Below are positions 42,607 through 52,197 of a DNA stretch of 62,266 bases, in pieces (positions within the stretch are counted from its first letter, which is position 1; each line of letters begins with the position of its first letter). The position numbers were made by a program, and so were the translations under genes. The notes beneath the pieces were generated by a model, which ran no database searches, was not told where the DNA came from, and was given only the letters and a program-made list of their open reading frames with translations. The DNA is from Cyanophora paradoxa CCMP329. Lineage: Eukaryota; Plantae; Glaucophyta. The stretch covers positions 1-62,266 of the forward strand of contig QPMI01000574.1 in the NCBI GenBank assembly GCA_004431415.1, written 5' to 3'.

Positions 42607-43520
42607 CCCCCCCCCCCTTTTCGCTCCCTCGCCACCGAGTAGCAGGACAACGGAAAGAACTCCCCCCGTCCTCCCTGGACCCCTCATCCCCATCCTCGCG
42701 CCCGCCCCCGACTGCTGACGGCAGCGCCTCGCGAACGGAGACCTGAGCGTCTCGCAACCGAAGGACTATATCCGAGTGCTCTACTGCGCGTCCCTCTGGT
42801 GAAAGGGCTGGGGGCGGGGCGCTCTGATGGCGGCTCAGACCTCGTGGACGTGGCCCTGCGCTCGCCCGAGGCTCAGGGCAAGGGTGTTGTTGTCGTACGC
42901 GCGTCCCCACCCTCCCCGCTCTGCCCCTCCACCTGACACGCGCCCTGCAGCTGCATGACATGAGCGACCTGTACGCCGCCCCCGCTCTCAGTGCCCGGCC
43001 CCCGCCCGACTCGCTGCAGCACTCTCAGCAAGCTCGATCCGCGCCTTCCCAGAAGGATTCTGGGCTGCATCCAGAACAGGCGAGCCGCCGCCCGGCCAGC
43101 GTTGTTGTGCTTCTCACTGGCGTGTGCTGCCGCAGGTTCCCGATGCGCGTCGCGAAGGTGTTCCTTGCCTCACCTCAGACCTTGGAATAGCGCTAGCGCC
43201 CCCCGCGGATCTGTAAGACCGTGACACGCAGGTTCTGATATACCGTCCCCCGTGGTTTTTCTCGCTTCTCTTCCCCATTGTACGGCGCTTCAGTGCGTGT
43301 CTCCCCCAGTCCGGCAGGGGGCGGGTGTCTGAGCTCGAGATGGGCGGGGGCAGTGAAGGAGAAGATGCGGCGGCGGGTGGAGCAGGTCGGGGATGACCCA
43401 GCAGCTCTCCTGCAACACGTGGATGCCGAAAACCTCCTCCCTGAGCTTGGCGGCCGGCTGCAGGTGCTCCCAGCGCCCATGCCTTTCGGTGGGCGCTCCT
43501 CACCGATCACACCAGTATGA
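41934..43520 (+). CDS. CRAL-TRIO/Sec14-like lipid-binding protein
   Basis: ILLRCLRARKYDVDRA, RDREGRPI, RFPMRVAKV, PWFFS and LLPELGG. Confidence 0.88.
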
Positions 43521-43622
43521 TCACAATGCATGGCTTGCTGCTCGTATTGCCGAGGAGCCTTGACGCCGGACACCGAAGCCGACGCTGAGCCCCCTGTTGC
43601 GGGGCCTCTTCTCCTTCCCCCC

Positions 43623-43656
<34 letters not shown>

Positions 43657-44387
43657 CATGGCAGTGCACGTGCATTGCATTCAAACTCCTCCCCTGGCCT
43701 GGCCCCACCATAGGCGTCGACTCGTGTATGAATCATACGCTTGCTCAGCTCACCACTGCAGCTGGGCGCCGGCCACAAAAAGATCATGCAGATCTAGATC
43801 CTATGCTAAGTAATGCTCGCGCCTCCCATATTCACTGATCATGAGTCCGAGGCCAGGCCTAGGGTCATGCCATGATGATGATCATGATATCGATCATAAT
43901 GAAATGCATACGTATACTATAGCTATAGCTATGATATGCACATGTATACGCGTACGTACATGCATGATCATGCCCGGTATACGTAGTGCCATCCGATGCA
44001 TATGATCATGCATGCATATATGTATATACGAGGGCCATCAATGGGCCAAACGCGAAAAGTCAACTCCGAGAGCTCGAGACTCGGAAGTGACGCTTGGATT
44101 GCGGAGGTTCTTATAACCGCCGCAACAGCTGTGGGGGTACCCCCTCCGAGGCTGGCGATCGCGGCGATCACGACCCTGGCGATCGCGATTTTCTCCCGAT
44201 CGCGACCCTTTTCGATCGCGATTTCGAGATCGGGGACATTAATGCGATCGCGAGAAAGGAAAAATCGGAAAAGGCCGAAAAGTGCCGTTTTCACGCGTGA
44301 AATCGATCGAAAACGAGGGTTCGAATCCCGGGCCCGGATTTGGACTTGGTCAGAATCTCGAGTCAAAATGGGAGAAAAATGTGACCT

Positions 44388-44440
44388 GGGACTTGGGACT
44401 TGGGACTTGGGACTTGGGACTTGGGACTTGGGACTTGGGA
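44388..44440 (+). repeat. (GGGACTT)7 array
   Basis: Seven perfect 7-mers plus GGGA. Confidence 0.97.
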
Positions 44441-44497
44441 AGAGTTGGAATCAGAGTCTGGACCCAAAAGCGGGGAAATTTTCGGACGGGGAGAAAA

Positions 44498-44968
44498 ATG
44501 TCAGGCAATCTCTATTACGATTTTCCCTTTGAGTTGAATATGGCATTCGAGAGGTTGCGCGAGTTCTGGCGTTGGCACCTCACGGGACATGACATCCCCG
44601 ACGTAACACCAGAGCCCAACACACAGGGCGTGCTTGAAGTCATCCGTCAATATCCGCGTCGATTCAATGAATGGATTGAGTTCCACGCGACGAGCCGTTT
44701 CCAGAGCCTCCCCGAGGCCATACGCGAAAATTTCGTGAGGCTGGTGGGACCAGGCTACGACAACCCTAACAATCATAGACCACGCCCAGCTGGCGTGACA
44801 CGCGAAGCTCGAGAAGACCGTAGACTTTTCCGCAGGGAATTGAGAGAGGATAGACGGAGGCTTTCAATGGGGCTCCCGCAGATTGTGAGGGGGTACAGCC
44901 CGGATTACGAGACTTACCAAGAATTGTACGGCTTCGAAAATCCCTTTGAGAGGGCACTACCAGGGTGA
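44498..44968 (+). CDS. Element hypothetical protein (156 aa)
   Basis: Intronless ORF MSGNLYYDFPFEL... preceded by aattttcg-N-aaaaATG. Confidence 0.7.
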   Translation: MSGNLYYDFPFELNMAFERLREFWRWHLTGHDIPDVTPEPNTQGVLEVIRQYPRRFNEWIEFHATSRFQSLPEAIRENFVRLVGPGYDNPNNHRPRPAGVTREAREDRRLFRRELREDRRRLSMGLPQIVRGYSPDYETYQELYGFENPFERALPG

Positions 44969-45308
44969 GGGGCCAGGGGGGGCCCCTGAGGGTGTACCCC
45001 CGGCCCGAGACTCGACCTTCGGCGGACGCACTCGGGCGATTTCCGTCAGGCCGGCTCCCTTTTTCTGCCTTCGGTCCAACGCTAAATTTGGCTTTTTTCA
45101 GGCCAGTTGGCAACGTTTTCCGTTGCGAACTAGCCCAGGAAAAAATTCGCCCACAAAACCGCGGTCCGCCGCCATTTTGCCTCACTCTTGAAACGGGTTC
45201 GCCGCCTTCTCTCAGCCCAAGGAAACCCTGCCTCTCCGAATTTTCACAAGTCCGCCCTCACAGTCACCTCACGTTTTGCCTTTGCTGATTTCTTTTCCCT
45301 TTGCGCAG

Positions 45309-46377
45309 ATGTCGATTCCCGCTGAGCTTGCCGAGGACTTCGCCTTTGTCCAAGCAACGTGGGCTAACTCCGGTGGCACTCAAGGGGCTACCCCTGAGAT
45401 GGAGCAGCGCGCCGACGCTCTGGGGTACATCTACAATTATGCCATCTTACGCGCCACTGGCCCCGAAGTGCAACTTCTCCCAAGTCCGCCTTCACGTCCA
45501 AGGCCAAGAAATCCAAGTCCAAGCAACCCAAGCCCGAGCCCCCGTCGACGTGCCCCCCGTCCCCGGCTGGGTCAAGACCGCCAACGGCTGGGGCGACCCC
45601 AAGCTTTTCGCCGAGTCTGCTGCCGAGACGCTCGCCTGGGCCTACCCCCCTCAAGTCTTCACGAATTACCCCCCTCCGTCATCGTCGTCATCTGCCCCTC
45701 AGCCCGTCGCCGAGCCCGCCCCCGAGCCCGCCGATGACGCCAAGTCCGAGGCCTCTGACGTCGAGTCTGACATCAACGACTTCATCGACTTTGACGTGCC
45801 GATTCCATACGACTCTGAGTCGTCTTCTGACTCTGAAGGCGACAACGAAAACCCGACTCGCAAGCGCCGCATTATCAAGACCAAGTCAATCGTCAAGAAG
45901 AAGTTCATGGAGACTACGTCATTCACCGACAACTCCGAGCGCGTCAAGGACCCCGCCAAGGCACACGAGAAGGACTTGAAGCTCGGCGCCGGCATTGCCC
46001 GTTCTCGCGTGACGTCACACTACAGCGAGCGCCTGACTCAGCACGTCAAGACCATTGAGAAGCGCGTCCTCTGCAACGAGCTCCGCAAGGAGTTGGAGCG
46101 CAAGCGGCGCCACGAGCGCCTTGTCCAGTACCAGATCAACAAGGCGCGGATCGCCGAGCGCAAGCAGAAGGAGGCGGCCGAGCTCAAGGCGCGCATCGAG
46201 GCTCAGCAGCAGCGCGAGGCAGAGGCGGCAGCGGCCTTGGCGGCGCAGCGCGAGCGCGAGCGGCAGGACTTGGTGCAGGCAGCGCAGTCCCTTCCCCGCA
46301 TTCCCCTTAAGTCGGCGCCCGAGGGCCTCATTGAGTTGGTTTCCGATGACGATGACTCTGACTTTGAGATGCTGTAA
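45309..46377 (+). CDS. Element hypothetical protein with acidic patch and C-terminal coiled coil (frameshifted)
   Basis: MSIPAELAEDFAF... joins the 45301..46377 frame after shifts near 45480-45545; strong codon bias. Confidence 0.65.
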
Positions 46378-46451
46378 ATAGTATTGCGTCATTCCATTGT
46401 ACATACTTGTAAAAATTGGCCGACTATTCAGTTACGACTTGGCGCGATCCT

Positions 46452-46504
46452 GGGACTTGGGACTTGGGACTTGGGACTTGGGACTTGGGACTTGGGACTT
46501 GGGA
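46452..46504 (+). repeat. (GGGACTT)7 array
   Basis: Seven perfect units plus GGGA. Confidence 0.97.
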
Positions 46505-46603
46505 AGAGTTAGACTCAGGGTCTGGGCCCAGAATCTCTCTGGATCTGAGAGTTTGCCGCGCCAAGTCCCTAACCACCGGGCAGACATGTAGAGGGGTACG
46601 GAA

Positions 46604-46838
46604 ATCTGCATATGACGTTTCTGGTGACATTCCAGGTGAGATTTCAAGCGAGGTAGAGTCTGAACTGGTGTACGACTTGTAGCATGATACTGGACATGAA
46701 AGCTCACGAGAGTATGCAACCGAAAACGGATGTGAAGAGGGGTAGGAGTTTTCGTGTGAGATGTCGAGAGAAGGAGGGTACGAGATGGGATACGAGTAAA
46801 AAAGACTACGAGTAAAAAAGACTACGAGTAAAAAAGAG
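46604..46838. repeat. Cryptic 12-bp phased array (16 units) followed by three 16-bp tacgagtaaaaaaga(c/g) repeats
   Basis: GA occurs at 46614+12k for every k=0..15. Confidence 0.85.
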
Positions 46839-46945
46839 TATGAGGAGTGGTAGGAGTAAAAAAGTCGGTAGAAAAACTCACCTGACTTGTCTGACAAATT
46901 TCTGATCCTGGAGAAAGTCTGGGCCGGGACCTGGGTTTCAACTCT

Positions 46946-47022
46946 AAGTCCCAAGTCCCAAGTCCCAAGTCCCAAGTCCCAAGTCCCAAGTCCCAAGTCC
47001 CAAGTCCCAAGTCCCAAGTCCC
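46946..47022 (-). repeat. (GGGACTT)11 array, inverted relative to the other two
   Basis: Eleven aagtccc units on the + strand. Confidence 0.97.
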
Positions 47023-47046
47023 AGGTTTTTCTGAACCTAGGGCAAA

Positions 47047-47412
47047 ATGGCCCTGCTCCGGTGCACCGACTCGCAAGACGTCGCCTACAACGTCCTGGTC
47101 AACTCGGACGTACCCCCGAGTGCCTTGGAGTTTCCCTGGAGAGTGGACAGGGACAGGGTGAGCAAGACGTTTGGAGGGCGCAAGCACTACCTCTCCCAGC
47201 TGATCCTCGGGAAGTCGCCACGTGGACGCTACGTGGAACACATCAACGGCAACCCGCTGGACTACAGGAGGGAGAACCTGCGCTGGGCATCAATGTCGGA
47301 GATTCGCAAGAAGAGGAGGGGGTACGCCAATTTACAGGAGAAGAGCGAGGAGATTCGGGAGATGATGGAGGCGACACAGGTGCTAATGCAGCTTAGCCAG
47401 TCTAGACGCTAG
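47047..47412 (+). CDS. HNH endonuclease-like protein (phage HNH_3 type), possibly inactive
   Basis: YLSQLILG...YVEHINGNPLDYRRENLRWAS resembles the VDHINGNxLDNRxxNLR signature. Confidence 0.8.
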   Translation: MALLRCTDSQDVAYNVLVNSDVPPSALEFPWRVDRDRVSKTFGGRKHYLSQLILGKSPRGRYVEHINGNPLDYRRENLRWASMSEIRKKRRGYANLQEKSEEIREMMEATQVLMQLSQSRR

Positions 47413-48213
47413 TGGTGTGAATCTTGGTGTCGTACTCGCGACCGACCGTTTCCCAGGCCACGTAAACTTCGGCTCCGGCGCCTGGCGCTGTCGAGTTGGT
47501 AGTCGCAGTCGTGTAGTCCGCCTCTGCCTCAATTAGTTCGGCCATGAGGGTAGAGCCCACGACCATTCCAGAGGTAGGCATTCCGGCGATGTTGTTGTAC
47601 AATTTGAAAGTGAATTTCGTGAAGAGGAGCCGGGCCAGACCTGGGTACGGGGATTCGAGGCGCCGTATGAATAATCGGTACCCGAGGCGCCGCCCGTGGT
47701 GGCATTCGTCATCATCTCCTTTGCGGTCATCTTCCAGAGGTTGTACATCTCAAAGGGAACGGCCTGCGTGGTCTTGTGTGTGGCATCGATGAGGGCGCCA
47801 TCTAAATGCGTTTTGATGTTCGGATTCGCACCATTCCCGAATTTGCGAGTGAGGGCGGTGTTAGCGGTGAACTTGAGTTCGAGCACGCGAATGGCGGGCC
47901 GATCAGGCACAGAGGGCTCTATCTTTTTCAGGAGGCCCGAGAGCCAGAGCGCCTCCGCCTCATCCGCGCTCACGCCCGAGTCGATGTCAAAGTACACGTA
48001 CACGGAGCAGGAGGCGGGATTCTCGAAATCGTTGGAGGTGACGCGCAACATGACGGGATTCTGGACCCTCACGGTGAGCGGGGTGGCGTAGTTTCCGTCC
48101 CACTCCACCTTGTCCGTCCCTGCGTTGGCCACGTTCCCAGCGTTGCCGTAGAAATCGGGGACGATCGAGCCGGCAGACACGGTCTTCACGATGGTGGCCG
48201 AGGTGGTCGGCAT
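47402..48213 (-). CDS. Beta-rich putative structural (capsid-like) protein A, ~270 aa, frameshifted
   Basis: ORFs 47533..48213 and 47402..47602 join; paralogous to the adjacent gene. Confidence 0.6.
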
Positions 48214-48236
48214 TTTGCGACCTCAAATGAGAAAGA

Positions 48237-48916
48237 TTATCCGTGAAAGAGGGTGATGTCGCCACCGATGTTCATGACGCGGGCCCCAGGCACAGAGTCA
48301 GCGTCGGTGCCGTACGCGTAGGAAATCGAGCACTCACGCAGCTCCGCGCAGAGGCTGGCGCCCGTGCTGAAGTGGGGCTGGTCGGCGGCGTAGGAGAGGG
48401 GGAAGACCTGGAACCTGAAAAAGGTGAAGGGGAAGCGGGGTAGAGTCGAGCCGCGTGGGTTGCCGCCCGTGTAGAGGGCCCCAGGGTCGCGGGACTTGGA
48501 TTGAATTTCGTGAAGAGCACGTCGCCCTTGAGCGTACCCCTCATCTGGTAAGTTCCCGTACCCGGAAGATTCGAAGAACTGGGGTACCGGTTCACGGTGG
48601 GGCCGTACCCCGTCTCCCTGAACTTGACCTCGAGACAGCGCAAGACGTTGGCAGTGGCCGTGGCAGGTGCCACCTTTTTCACGAGTCCTGATTCGTGCAG
48701 CAGCTCGATAACCTCTGCGCTGAGGCTCAGAGGGTCGAAGAAGAGCTGGTAGGAATAAATCTTGGGCGTGGCGTAGGCGTTCTGAACGACCTGAATCACG
48801 ACGGGATTCTGCAGAAAGACGTCGACGTAACTGCCGGAGGGTATGCGTGCGAAATCCTTGGTGTTGTTGCCAACGTCAAGTGAGCCGCTGAGGGTCTGGT
48901 ACCAGTTGGAAGTCAT
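48237..48916 (-). CDS. Beta-rich putative structural (capsid-like) protein B, ~225 aa, frameshifted
   Basis: Shares QNPV, SGL(L/V)KK, LE(L/V)KF, LFTKF and LxAELxE blocks with protein A. Confidence 0.6.
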
Positions 48917-48955
48917 TTACCCCGGGGCAGATATTTTTTCGGATCGTAGAGGAAA

Positions 48956-51094
48956 ATGCCCCGCTTCGTATTCGTGAAAAAGCAGGTGGTGCAGGCTCCG
49001 CAGTATGGCGTGGAGCCGATCTCGCTGACTGTGGGCAGGCCCCAGGTGCGATCGGGCTCCGTGCTCAACAACGGGAACAGTACGTACGGCTTTCAGCTGA
49101 ACTGGGTCGCGGTCACCAACGCCGTCAAGTACAAGGTGTACAGGGCGACCAGCATCAACGGCCCCTGGGATCTCGTGGCCACGGTGAATGCGCCAACCGT
49201 CACCTACACGGACTCTCCCTTTAGTTTGGGGCCCAGCGACTCTACCGCGTGGCGGCGGTTCGCGAACAGGGCAGCAGCAGCACGGGCTCTGATGGCAAAG
49301 CCCCGCCCACAACCTACGCACAGTCGCTTCTCTACACCCACGAGGGTGCCATGAGCAATTACATTCTCTTCCAAGGCATAGGCGGCTTCAGCCCGCAGAT
49401 CGAAGCCTACACCACGCTCACGACCGCCACGGCCCAGACCTACGGCGATTTTATTGCCGGGGGCGGCCCCGCGTCTTCGGGCTTCCCGAAACCCGCCATA
49501 GTCGTCACAATCAACTGGGTGGCCATGGAGGGCGCGGACTCGATTCGAATTTACAGGAACGGTACGCCAATCGGATTTGCGAGCAGTGCCCTGTCTACCT
49601 CGTACATTGACGATAGCACTGCTCTTACGTGGGGCACGGAATACTCTTACCAGGTGGCCGGCATCGTGGGCGGTGTCGAATACGACAAGTCCGATCCGCT
49701 CCTGGTCTGGACTATGCCAAACGCCCCCACGAACGTGACGGCATCAGCACCCAACGACCAGCAGCAGCCTGTCAGCCTCAGCTGGACTGCGTCCACGGGA
49801 GCGACGGGATACAAGATTTACAGAGACGGGGCCTACCTCACAGACTCCGCGACCAACTCCTACAGCGACACGACCACCGTCTGGGGTACAGGGTACGAGT
49901 ACCAGATCTCCGCGACGAACACGGGAGGGGAGGGGCCGAAGAGTATTGCGGCGTACGTCACCACGGACCCGGGGGCGCCCACTGGGCTCACTGCAACCCC
50001 CGCGGCGGGGGCAGCACAGCCTGTTGTGCTCGAGTGGTCGGTGCCGGTGACGGGCGTCACCGTCTCCTACAACATCTACAGGGGTGGCGTGTTCCTTGCC
50101 AGCGACACGAGCAGCCCCTTTTCGGACACAACGACCGTTTACGGAACCACTTACACTTACACCATCAAGGGCGTCAACCAGATCGGCGAGGAAGGCCCTC
50201 AGTCCTCGTCTGCCAGTGCAACAACTGCAAACGCTCCTGTTTTGGGTACATTCTCCTACACCGGGGCCGACCAGACTTTCGTAGTACCAACGGGGACTGT
50301 GGCTGTGCGTGTCATCGTATGGGCGGCCGGGGTGGAGGCGGAGAACGCGCAGGTACGGGGGTCCGTGGAGGCGCGGGTGCTTGCGTAGTTGGTACATTGG
50401 CTGTGTCCTCGGGGAGACGCTCATCCTTGTTGTTGGATGCGGCGGCCCAAAGGGTGTATCGGGGACTGCCACTGCTACCGTCTACGGAGGTGGTGGAAGG
50501 GGCTGGAGCCATAGCGTCGATCCGGAGTACAAAAACGGCGCCGGTGGTGGTCGTTCTGCAATTCAGCGCGTTGCAGGGACCGACTTGGTTGTTGCAGGGG
50601 CCGGAGGTGGGGGTACATGTGATTCGAATGGCGGCGGGGGAGTAGGCGGGGGGTTGACCGGTGGTGCGGCTGGGTTGGTTGGAGTAACCGGAGAGATACC
50701 GGCTCAAGGAGGCACCCAAACCGCTGGCGGAGCCGGTGTTGTGGCCTCAGGGGCCAGGCCCAGCAACCCGGGAACTTTGCGCCAAGGTGGAGAGACTGGG
50801 CCTGATTCAAGCGGCTACAGGTTCGGTGGTGGTGGTGGTGGTGGTTACTTCGGTGGAGGCTCTGGGTCCAGCAGGAGCGGAGTGTCAGAGAACCCAATAG
50901 CAAGAATGTTTGGAGGTGGCGGTGGCTCGAGCTACATAGGAAACTTGACGGATGCTACGGTGTATCCTGGGTCCGGCCAGGTGGCAGGAAATAGCGGAGA
51001 CGCTCACTACGCAGCAGGCATTGGTAGGGGCGGCAACGGTGGCTCGTCTTTCAGCGACGGTGGCAACGGTCGAATTGTGATACTCGCGGTGTAG
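48956..51094 (+). CDS. Fibronectin type III repeats plus C-terminal Gly-rich (ALK/LTK-like) domain; putative spike or adhesin
   Basis: About four units of LxW...Y(K/N)(I/V)YR...YxD...YxYxI, then FSYTGADQTFVVP and GGGGGGYFGGG...GGGGSSY...GGNGRIVI. Three -1 frameshifts. Confidence 0.85.
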
Positions 51095-51114
51095 TTATTC
51101 CTAGTTGTTCCAGA

Positions 51115-52173
51115 TCAGCTCGCCAGTGCCGCTACCTGGTCTTTGAGAGTTTGAACTTCTTGTGAAAGTTCCTGAATTGCCTTCAACGACAGGGAAATGA
51201 GCCTGTCGTAGTTTACCCCGAGAAATCCATCCGCGTTCTCGAAAACGAGACTCGGGAAGACGCCTTGGACTTCCTGTGCGATGAGACCGTAATCCGTTTT
51301 CGAACCCCCGAGGATGTGTTCTTCCAGGTGAACGACACGGGATTCAGCTGCAGCAGAAGAGGGAGAATGCCCGACATGCTCGCGACATTTTCTTTCAGGC
51401 GGCTATCGCTCGACGAGTTTGTCAGGTATCCTTGAGCATCCGAATAAACGGCTCGGTTTCCATCGCCGTGAGCGTCGAGACGATGAGCCGACCCGTGATG
51501 CCAACGCCGACGGTTCCGCACAGCAGTCGTTCGGTGCCGTTGTTTCTCAAGGATAGACCAGAGCTGACGCTTCCGCTATCAACGATTGAAGTGTTTGCTA
51601 TGCTTAGGCCATTAGTAGGGCCTTCGATTGCCGAGGTAAATAGAGTACCTGTAACACCAACGCCAAGAGTCCCACAGAGGAGTCTATCGTTTTCGTTGTA
51701 CTTTATAGCTACGCCTGAACCACCGCCATTTATGTACGGTGACGTTCCGGTAATTTGCAGCTTATCGTCCAATGTAACGATGCCCGCCAAGTTTGAAGCC
51801 CCGCTCACCCTAAGCCCCCCACCACGTTTGCTCCGCCTCCTTGCACATACAGAGCCGCATTCCCCTCCCCGTTCACAGTCCCATTAAAGGTCACCTGATT
51901 CGTGGTGTACCCGCTCCCGTCCCAGGCCCCGTTCGTGACGGTGAGCCTCTGCGTCCTCACGCGCCCCGGCACGGCCGACCCGCCCTCCCGCGTGCGCATC
52001 TTGTCGCAGCGCAGCTCGCCGACGCGGACGAGGTCGGCCTCGGAAAGGGGGACGGCCGTGGCGTTGTAGGGGGCCTCGGTGGCCTGGTTTCCGAGGGTGG
52101 TCTCCTTAATCGTGTGATCGCCCTTGTGATTCACGCTGGCAGCATAGGTAAATAGAGGGACAGCGACCGACAT
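51115..52173 (-). CDS. Fibre protein with C-terminal intramolecular chaperone (peptidase S74), frameshifted
   Basis: SSDSRLKENV, LNPVSFTWK, YGLIAQEVQGVFPSLV and VNYDRLISLSLKAIQEL; two internal RLLCGT repeats. Confidence 0.88.
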
Positions 52174-52197
52174 TTTTGGATTGCATCAGAAAATCGA

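Noticed and set aside
44282-44497. ORF extensions reading WDLGLGT repeats (also 46397-47396 ORFs)
   Set aside because: These are translations of the GGGACTT arrays; the likely true start is ATG 44498.
44388-47022. True chromosome telomere
   Set aside because: The arrays are short, internal, in both orientations and embedded in conserved cassettes.
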